Source: Neocallimastix sp. 'constans'
Lineage: Eukaryota
Reading direction: 5' to 3'
Length of the DNA: 64,000 nt
Assembly: GCA_050613775.1 (NCBI GenBank)
Contig: JBODTK010000129.1
Span: forward strand, 248,001 to 312,000
The notes under the pieces were generated by a model. That model saw only the letters and a list, made by a program, of their open reading frames with translations. It searched no databases and was not told the DNA's origin. The position numbers were made by a program, and so were the translations under genes. This document shows, one piece after another, positions 54,808 to 64,000 of this stretch; position 1 is the first letter of the stretch, and each line of letters begins with the position of its first letter.

Positions 54808-55485
54808 TAATAGAAAAAATAAAAATAAAAAAATAAAGTAAAAAAAAAATAAAAAAATAAAAATAAAAATAAAATAAAAAATAAAAAAAAAAAAAATAAA
54901 AATATATAAAATAAATATAAAATTTATAAAAGATTAAACAAGAATATAAAAATTAAAAATTAAAAAATAAATATAGAAATAAATTATATATATATATATA
55001 TATACAAAATAGAAATAATAAGATAAATGTATATATATATATGTATGAAATAGATAACAATAATAAAAAAAAAAATAACAAAAATTAAGTTAATAATTTA
55101 TAAAAATATTTAATAGAATATATAATTAGTCTTTAGAAAGTAGAAAAATGATAATTAAATATTATATATAATTTATAGAAAAATATTTAAATTCAAATTA
55201 TCAATATTTAAGTATTAAAATATTTATTATTATTTTTTTCTATTATTTTTAAATATTTATTTAAAAACTTTTTTTTTTTTTTCTTTTTTTTTTTTTTTTT
55301 GTATTTTCTTCTATTAACAAAAAACCTATCTTATAATCCTTTAATTTATTAATTTTTTGTTATTATTTTTTTTTTTAATATTTAAAATGTATGATCAATA
55401 ATTAAATTAAAATTACAAAATTTATTATAAAGTTAATAAAAAATAAAATAAAAATAAAGATAAATAATATTGATATTAATATATA

Positions 55486-55538
<53 letters not shown>

Positions 55539-55609
55539 GGTATAAATTCTTTGGTTTTATATACATACATATATATTTTTTCTATGAATTCTATGGTTTT
55601 AACAATTTT

Positions 55610-55611
55610 TA

Positions 55612-55707
<96 letters not shown>

Positions 55708-55862
55708 AAATAATAAATAAATAAATAAATAAACAAATAAATAAACAAACAAACAAATAAATAAACAAATAAATAAATAAATAAGTAAATAAATAAATAA
55801 TAAATAAATAAACAAACAAATAAATAATTTTAAATAAATAATAAATAAAGAAACAAATAAAT
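55610..55862. repeat. (AAAT)n microsatellite with a degenerate AAAC tail
   Basis: Visible tetranucleotide run. Confidence 0.92.
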
Positions 55863-56183
55863 AATTAATAAAAAATTATTTATTTGATGTAATATTTTGT
55901 TATAATAAATAGGAATATTAACAGTCTCTCAAAAATTATACTTTTTGAAATTAGGAAATGAAGTTTTACATAACTTGTTTATTTATTTTTTTTTTCTGAG
56001 ATTAAAAAATAATAATAAAGCAATCATATTTAATAGTAATACATGAAAAGTATTTAATATTGGATTGATAGCATTAAAATTTGATTTTGAAAAATGTTAA
56101 ATATATAAATTTTAAAAGTTAGAAAAATTATAATATAATTTTTTTTAATATTCATATATTTTTAATAATATTCATTTATTTAA

Positions 56184-56214
<31 letters not shown>

Positions 56215-56835
56215 GATTTATTTAAATATTGATTTTATTTACATTTGATAAAATAAACTATTTTTATTTTGATATATATTTAATAAAAAAGATTATTTAG
56301 TATTTATGGTTATAATTAGGTATGAAATGCCTGAAATTACAAATTTTATTTAAGTATTAATATTAATTTATATGTATGTGGTTAAGTTATATGTCATTAA
56401 TAATCAAAAAATCAATAACGCATTGCCACACATATATTTTGAGTATAATATATTTTAAATTTAATAATATAAATAATATATAATATATAATAGTGTAATA
56501 TATTGTATATATTTTATATTAAACTATTGAAAAAATATTATAATATAAAGCTCTTATTTTAAAAAAAAATACTATTTAATACATTATATTAAAATTATTT
56601 ATTTTTGTATATATAATTATTAATTTTTATGTATATTGATGATATAAAAGGATATTACAATTATTTTCTTTATAAATCTGTATAATTATTAAAGAAAAAA
56701 TTTTGTATTACCACAATATTATTTGTAATGAATTTTATTAGTATATTATATTAATTATTTATGATAAAATATATGTATTAGTAATAGCTAATAACTTAAC
56801 TAAAATATGAATTTCTTAGTATGATTTATATTACC

Positions 56836-56917
56836 ATTTAAATTATTAAGTGTTATTTATATTATTAATTTATTATAATTATATAAAATAATATAAATAA
56901 CACTTAATAATTTAAAT
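56836..56917. repeat. Perfect 31-bp inverted repeat
   Basis: ATTTAAATTATTAAGTGTTATTTATATTATT (56836-56866) and its reverse complement (56887-56917). Confidence 0.85.
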
Positions 56918-59137
56918 AAATTAAAACTTAAATACAATCATAAAACTAAATATTATTATTATATTATTACGATTTTAGTTAATAATGTGTAACTTTAAAA
57001 TTTATTATTAATTCTATATTTAGAAACTGTCAAATAAAATATTGATATTATCATATTATAATTTTATTCTTTTTTTTTTTTTTTTGACATATAAAGGATA
57101 AAGGTTTATTAACATTTTATTTTTTTCATTATTTTATTTATTATTATTTTAAAATAAATAAAATATATTAATATTATATTAATTATATATATATATTATA
57201 TTTAATATAATATTAAAATCATATTAAAATTAATTAATACCAAGAATGAATTAAAAAATATTTTGAATTATTATAAATAACAATTAATAACAAATTTTTA
57301 TTTTTATTTAAAGCTATAATAATATGAACCATGAAATATTTACATCTTTAAAAAAATAAAAATAATAAAAGAAAATAGATAAAAATATTAATATTGAAAG
57401 CATTTTTTTAATTAATTTTTAAATATCAAATATCACAAAGACTAGATTAAAACATTATTAATAAAATATAAATAATAATAAATAATTTTTTTTTTCATAT
57501 TATTAAAATATAAAATTTGTTTCCAAGTAATTTATCCTAAAAATATATATTATTATATTATTAAATAAAATATTCTTAATTTCTTTTAATATTACTATTA
57601 TTTATTTAATATTTATTTTAATATTTTTTTTTTAAATTTAGTTTTTTGATAAATTAACATTTTTATTATATTTATACTTCTAGTTTGAAAACTTTAAATA
57701 GCTTTAATCTTTATTTAATTTTTTTTGATTTTTAAATAAGATTGATTATGTGGATTGTTTTTTCTATGATTCTAAAATTTTATTTATTATTAAAAATGAA
57801 AATATCTTAATGAATTAATTAAAAATATAAATAATATATAATATATTATAATATATTATAATATATTGCATTTGTTATAATTAGTAAACTTCAATAATAA
57901 TAAGTAATTGAATATCAATTGTACAGAAGAATTAAAAGTAATTGAATATAAGAATTATTTTTATTAAAATGTAATGATAATATAATAATGATAAGTATTA
58001 AATAATAATAAAATATAATTAAATAATATTAAATATTAATATTTATTATTATTATTTTTATTGCTTTTGTTGTTTTTTGAAAATTATATTATTATAAATT
58101 TAGTATTGATATAATATGTATGAATTTAAAATATAAAAACTATAAAATTTCAATTATAGATGAATAAAAAAAATATATAAAAAAAATTAAAAACGTGTTA
58201 TTAGAACTGTATTATTTTATGTTCAATAATTGTACTTATTTAAATATATTATTTTATATTGTAATATATTGCAATATTGGAAAATTCAACTTTATTTTTA
58301 TTATATATGAATAAAATGAATATATACTTTTATAATTAAATAGATAAATAATTTGTTATGTATTATTATATAATACATAATTATTCATTAATAAATATTG
58401 ATTGCATTTAAATAATCGTTGTATATAATAAATGTATATTATAGTATATTCTAATATACTAAGAATATATGTTGTTGTAAATAAAGTTTTTAAAATTAAA
58501 TATATTATATTAAGTAATATGTTAACTATTAAAAATCAAATTTATTTTAATATAATAATATTAATGTCTCAATATATTAAAATAAATTAAAATGGAGTTT
58601 AAGAAAAATGGAAAAATTCTACTTAATTAGTGATTATTAATACAAAATTATTTCATATTAACATCGATTGAATATATAGTATATATATAAAAATAAAAAA
58701 AAATATATATGAAATACATTTTAATATAAATTTTAATATAATATATATATTTTTATGAAAAACTATAAAAGCACCAAATTTTTTTTTGTAATTTTCATTT
58801 TTTTTTTTTTCCACAAAAATAAATTATCTCTACGGGGAATCGTTTACTTTTAGAATAATAGATAGTTATAAAAAAAATAAATCAATAATTTATATTAAAA
58901 TTCTAATATTAATTTATTAATAATTTGAAATTTTTACTATATATATTCTATTTTTGAATTATAAAATAATACTTTTTATTAATATATTTAACTATTCCCT
59001 ATTTATTCATATAAAGAAAAAAAAAATCTTTTAATTAATCTTTCTATCTATCTATTACATAATATTTAATTTAAAAAAAAAAAAAGAAAAAAAAAAACTA
59101 AACTTAGTGTGTATACATATAATAAAATAAATACAAT

Positions 59138-62100
59138 ATGGGTAAAAAGGAATATCCAATTCCAGAAGAACCAAAACCTTCTCCATATACAAAGGCTAAT
59201 ATATTATCAAAAATAACCTATTCATGGGAAAATCCCCTTTTTAAAGTTGGCTATCACAGACCTTTAGAAAAGAATGATTTATATTTATTACCTCCAAAAC
59301 TTACAGAGGCATACAACGAAGATAGATTTTATGATAAATGGAATAAAACGGAAAATAAAAAAGGTAAAGGTAATGCAAATGTATTGAAGACCCTTGTAAA
59401 AATTTTTGGTTTAAAATGGTGTTCAGCAGGCGTGTTGAAACTCTTTTCAGATGCTTGTAGTACTGTATCACCAGTTTTCTTAGAATTATTATTAGATCAT
59501 TTATCCAATAAGGAAGCTACAGAAAAAGAAGCCTATAAGGGTTGGGTATATATATTTTGTATTTTTGGACTTCAAATATTTTCTACTTTAATTGTTAACT
59601 ATTATACTAATCTTGTCAATGAAGTTGGTTTGTCTATTCGTGCTACACTTATCGGAATAATTTATAGAAAAACATTAAAACTTTCCAATAAGGAAAGACA
59701 AACTATTGGTGATGGTCAAATCATTAATCTTGTTTCTTCTGATACTGGTAGATTACAACGTCTCACTGGTAGTCTTCACTATCTTTGGAGTGCTCCAATT
59801 CAATTAATTGCTATTCTTTTCCTTTTGGTTCGTTCTTTAGGCGTTTGGTCATTAATTGGTTTTGCTATTTTCGTTCTTGTTGTTCCACTTCAAGGTGTAA
59901 TTATGAAATTTTTAATAAAATATAGAAGACAAACCTTTATTTTAACAGATCAACGTGTTAAGAAAACTCAAGAAGTTATTGGTAGTATGAGAGTTATTAA
60001 ATTCTTTGGTTGGGAAGAAAGTTTCCTTAATATCTTACAAAATCTTCGTAAAAAGGAAATTAATCGTAGTAAGAAGGGTATTATTCTTCATGCTAATACT
60101 CATGCTATCTTTGGTTCAATTCCATTCGTTTCCAGTGCTGCTACTTTTATTGCTTATTCAGCTGCTGGTAATAAATTAACAGCTGCTAAAGTTTTCTCCT
60201 CTCTTGCTTTCTTCAATATGCTTCGTGGTCCATTATCTATTTTGCCAAATACATTTAATCAACTTGCAGATGCCTCAGTTTCTCTCAAACGTTTAAATAA
60301 ACTTATCAATGCTAAGGATATAGAAGATTTACCAGAAGTTGATAAAAATTCTGAATATGCTATTACTATTAAGGATGGTCAATTCAATTGGGAAGTTGTT
60401 AAACAAGATGACGAGGACAAAAAGAAGAAAGGTAAAAAGGGTAAGGATAAGAATAAGAGTAATAAATCAAATGATAAAAAGAAAAAGAGTGATAAAGATA
60501 GCATTGATAGTTCTGACACATTAATAAATAACGCTCCAAAGACTACTAGTGATATTACTGAAATAAATCTTAAAAAGAAAGGAAATGAAGATAATAAGGA
60601 TGATAAACTATTGGAATCCTTTAAATTATATGATATTAATATAAAAATAAAGAAAAATTCATTAACTGCAATTGTTGGTGCTGTTGGTAGTGGTAAGTCT
60701 TCTTTGATTAATGCTATCATTGGTGAAATGAAGCGTGAAGAAGGTAAAATTGTTCATGGTGGTAGTTTCAGTTATTGTTCTCAACAAGCTTGGATCCAAA
60801 ATGCCACCGTAAGAGATAATATTTTATTTGGAAAGGAATATAATGAAGAACGCTATAAAAGAGTCATTGATCTTTGTGCACTTACTCATGATCTTGAAAT
60901 TTTCCCAGATGGTGATATGACAGAAATTGGTGAACGTGGTATAAATTTATCTGGTGGTCAAAAACAAAGAATAAATTTAGCCAGAGCAGTTTACTTTAAT
61001 AGTGATATTATTCTTATGGATGATCCATTATCTGCTGTTGATGCTCATGTCAGTCGTGCCTTATTTGATAATTGCATTCTTGGAGCTTTAGCTGATAAAA
61101 CTCGTGTTCTTGTTACTCACCAACTTCACGTCTTACCAAGAGTTGATTATATTATTGTTATGAAGGGAGGTCGTATTGAGGAACAAGGTGAATACAATGA
61201 ATTAATGCAAAAGGATGGCGAATTTTCTAGATTAATGCACACCTACGGTGGTATTGATGATAGTGATGATAACCTTGATAGTAATGATAGTAGTAATGAA
61301 GAAGTAATGTCCGTTGAAACTGATATTGAACCAAAAGAAATTGATGTAGATGAAACCGTAGTTGAGAAGAAGGAAGAGAAAGAAGAAAAGACAAAAGGCA
61401 GAGCTTTAATGACTAAAGAAGAAAGAGCTACCGGTTCTGTTGATAAAAGAGTCTACAAAGATTATCTTAAAGCTGCTGGTGGTATTATTATTGGTATACT
61501 TATTTTAATAGCTGTTGTAATTATACAAGTTTCTAAGCTTGGAAATGATATGTGGTTAGTCTTTTGGACAGAAGATAGGTTCAAATGGGCAACTACTTCT
61601 TACATTATTGTATACTTAATTTGGAATGTTTCTCAAATTTTATTAAACGTTTTCTATTCTATCTTTATGTCCTTTAATGGATTTAGAGCTTCCAAAAGAA
61701 TTCATAGAGATGCTATTAGTCGTGTTATTAGAGCTCCAATTTCTTTCTTTGATACTACTCCACTCGGTAGAATTATTAACAGATTCTCTAAGGATCAAGA
61801 TTCTCTTGATGGTATGCTTTTCATGGCTATTCAAGGTCTTATCAATAGTGTTGCCACCACCATTACTACATTATGTTTTATGCTTTATGCTGCCCCAATC
61901 TTTGGGGTTGCCCTTATTCCACTTTTAATTCTTTATTATTTCGTTCAAAAATACTATATTAGTACTTCTCGTGAAATAAAGCGTCTTGAATCTCTTGCAA
62001 GATCTCCACTCTTTGCTAACTTTACTGAAACCCTACAAGGATTGCCAACTATTCGTGCTTATAGTGAACAGGAACGTTTCACAAGACATAATCAAGATTT

Positions 62101-63235
62101 AGTTGATGGAAATAACAGACCATTCTATTTACAATTTATTGCTCAAAGATGGTTAGGTGTAAGATTAGAATGTATAGGTTCTTTCTTAGTATTATTCGAT
62201 GGTATTGCTGGATTATTCTTAAAGGATAGTCTTACTCCATCTCTTTTAGGTTTAAGTTTGTCATATGCTTTACAAGTTACCTCAAGTCTTAATGGTGTTA
62301 TTCGTTCCTTAAATGAAGTAGAAATTAATATGAATTCAGCAGAACGTCTTTTATATTATGCTAATGAAATTGAAATGGAAGATCAAAAGGGTTTAGATGC
62401 TCCAAAGGATTGGCCACAAAAGGGTAAAATTGAAATCAACAATTTAACCATGAAATATGCTCCACATCTTCCACCTGTTTTACATAACATTAACTTAAGT
62501 ATTAATTCAAATGAAAAGGTTGGTGTTGTTGGTCGTACTGGTGCTGGTAAATCCAGTATTGTGATGACTCTCTTTAGATTAGTAGAACCAGAAGAAGGTT
62601 CCTCCATTAAGATTGATGATGTTTCAATTTCTAGCTTAAAATTAAATGATTTACGTAAGAATATATCTATTATTCCACAAGATCCAATTCTTTTCTCTGG
62701 AACTATTCGTTTCAATATGGATCCATTTGATGAACATACGGATCAAGAGATTTGGGAAGCTCTTGAGAATGCAGGATTAAAACAAACCATTAGTGAATTA
62801 GAAAATAAATTAGAAGCAGAAGTTCGTGGTAATGGTGAAAACTTCAGTGTAGGTCAAAGACAATTATTATGTCTTGCTCGTGCCATGATTAGAAATAGTC
62901 GTATTTTAGTGATGGATGAAGCTACAGCTTCAGTTGATATTGAAACGGATGCTATTATTCAAAAGGCATTAAGAACCAAATTTAATGAAGTGACCGTTCT
63001 TACGATTGCACATCGTTTGAATACTATTATTGATTATGATAAAATTTTAGTTTTAAGTAAAGGAGAAGTTTTAGAATATGATACACCCAAGAATTTACTT
63101 TTTGAAAGTAATGAAAATGGCGAAGTTGTTCCAAGTTCTAAAACAGAATTTTCTAAATTAGTTGATGAAACTGGACCAGTTAACGCTGCTTTATTACGTC
63201 AATTAGCATTAGATAAAGAAAATAGAATAAATTAA
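59138..63235 (+). CDS. ABCC-subfamily ABC transporter, copy 2 (tandem paralogue), intronless
   Basis: Same architecture and motifs as copy 1; the C-terminal ~190 aa are identical. Confidence 0.96.
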   Translation: MGKKEYPIPEEPKPSPYTKANILSKITYSWENPLFKVGYHRPLEKNDLYLLPPKLTEAYNEDRFYDKWNKTENKKGKGNANVLKTLVKIFGLKWCSAGVLKLFSDACSTVSPVFLELLLDHLSNKEATEKEAYKGWVYIFCIFGLQIFSTLIVNYYTNLVNEVGLSIRATLIGIIYRKTLKLSNKERQTIGDGQIINLVSSDTGRLQRLTGSLHYLWSAPIQLIAILFLLVRSLGVWSLIGFAIFVLVVPLQGVIMKFLIKYRRQTFILTDQRVKKTQEVIGSMRVIKFFGWEESFLNILQNLRKKEINRSKKGIILHANTHAIFGSIPFVSSAATFIAYSAAGNKLTAAKVFSSLAFFNMLRGPLSILPNTFNQLADASVSLKRLNKLINAKDIEDLPEVDKNSEYAITIKDGQFNWEVVKQDDEDKKKKGKKGKDKNKSNKSNDKKKKSDKDSIDSSDTLINNAPKTTSDITEINLKKKGNEDNKDDKLLESFKLYDINIKIKKNSLTAIVGAVGSGKSSLINAIIGEMKREEGKIVHGGSFSYCSQQAWIQNATVRDNILFGKEYNEERYKRVIDLCALTHDLEIFPDGDMTEIGERGINLSGGQKQRINLARAVYFNSDIILMDDPLSAVDAHVSRALFDNCILGALADKTRVLVTHQLHVLPRVDYIIVMKGGRIEEQGEYNELMQKDGEFSRLMHTYGGIDDSDDNLDSNDSSNEEVMSVETDIEPKEIDVDETVVEKKEEKEEKTKGRALMTKEERATGSVDKRVYKDYLKAAGGIIIGILILIAVVIIQVSKLGNDMWLVFWTEDRFKWATTSYIIVYLIWNVSQILLNVFYSIFMSFNGFRASKRIHRDAISRVIRAPISFFDTTPLGRIINRFSKDQDSLDGMLFMAIQGLINSVATTITTLCFMLYAAPIFGVALIPLLILYYFVQKYYISTSREIKRLESLARSPLFANFTETLQGLPTIRAYSEQERFTRHNQDLVDGNNRPFYLQFIAQRWLGVRLECIGSFLVLFDGIAGLFLKDSLTPSLLGLSLSYALQVTSSLNGVIRSLNEVEINMNSAERLLYYANEIEMEDQKGLDAPKDWPQKGKIEINNLTMKYAPHLPPVLHNINLSINSNEKVGVVGRTGAGKSSIVMTLFRLVEPEEGSSIKIDDVSISSLKLNDLRKNISIIPQDPILFSGTIRFNMDPFDEHTDQEIWEALENAGLKQTISELENKLEAEVRGNGENFSVGQRQLLCLARAMIRNSRILVMDEATASVDIETDAIIQKALRTKFNEVTVLTIAHRLNTIIDYDKILVLSKGEVLEYDTPKNLLFESNENGEVVPSSKTEFSKLVDETGPVNAALLRQLALDKENRIN

Positions 63236-64000
63236 TAATAGAAAAAATAAAAAAAAAACAAAAAAAACAAAAAAAAAACAAAAAACAAAATAAACAAAAC
63301 GAATAAAACAAAACAAAGCTAAAATCTATAAAGCTGTTTTTAATATAATTATTAAAAAAAAAAAAAAAAAAAAAAAAGATAATTAAAAGTATACAATCAA
63401 TATATATATATATTTTACATTAAATCAATTATTTATTTTTTTGTAATTTATCTTAATTTAAATTATTTAAATAGTTATTTATATTATAATAACAATAATA
63501 ACATATGTAAATTAATTTATTTAATCGATAATCGAAATCGATAATAATCATAATAATAATCATAATAATAATCATAATAATAATCATAATAATAATAATA
63601 ATAAAAAAAAAAAAAAAAAAAAAATAAATAAATAAATAAATTATTTTTTTAGTTATACTTATATTTTGTAATTTATAGATAGATTAAACAAAAAATCATA
63701 ATAAATCAAAAAAAAAAAATTATTTATCTATTATACATCTATTACTTAGGCTTATATTATTTAAGCTTAAAAATTTTTAGAAACATAAAATCTAATGTAA
63801 ATTAAATTAAATAAAATATAAAATTCACCATGAAAAAAAAAAAAAAAAAATTTTTTTTTTTTTTTAAATTAATGTGTAATTTTAAATGTTCAATTTTAAA
63901 GGTTATAATATAAAATATAATGAATTAAATAACTTTTTATAAGTATTAACTTTTGTCTTTGAAGCCTATAATGTATTTTTATTTTTATAATAATGTAAAA

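Noticed and set aside
55433..55819. FIYL-repeat membrane-like ORFs
   Set aside because: Translation of the (AAAT)n microsatellite.

Overview
Extremely AT-rich eukaryotic genomic DNA. The composition, an intron-rich ARMH1-like gene and a fungal class II aldolase are consistent with an anaerobic gut fungus (Neocallimastigomycota); this is an inference. Bases 1-~39.6 kb are a dense nest of transposable elements. It holds four Ty3/gypsy LTR retrotransposons: A (minus, runs off the window), B (complete chromovirus, CTTAA TSD, LTRs identical by eye), C (tRNA-Ala-primed) and D (minus, truncated). It also holds further LTR remnants, a Mutator-like MITE with a 9-bp TSD, and a pile of poly(A)-tailed APE-type LINEs inserted into each other with 13-bp TSDs. 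The right 24 kb holds host genes: FBA1 (2 exons), a ~20-exon ARMH1-like gene, and two tandem intronless ABCC transporters with gene-conversion tracts. The most notable signals are RNA-level. (1) Elements A, B and D lack a tRNA PBS; each has a co-varying 13-bp complementarity between the LTR end/PBS and the presumed transcript start (Tf1-type self-priming), plus a conserved competing hairpin. (2) Element C carries a ~650-nt multi-domain structured leader and an array of 40-bp hairpin repeats. (3) -1 frameshift signals in C and D are masked by single-A indels. (4) A near-identical ~440-bp 5' module precedes two very divergent LINE ORFs. All calls were made by eye, with no searches or folding run.
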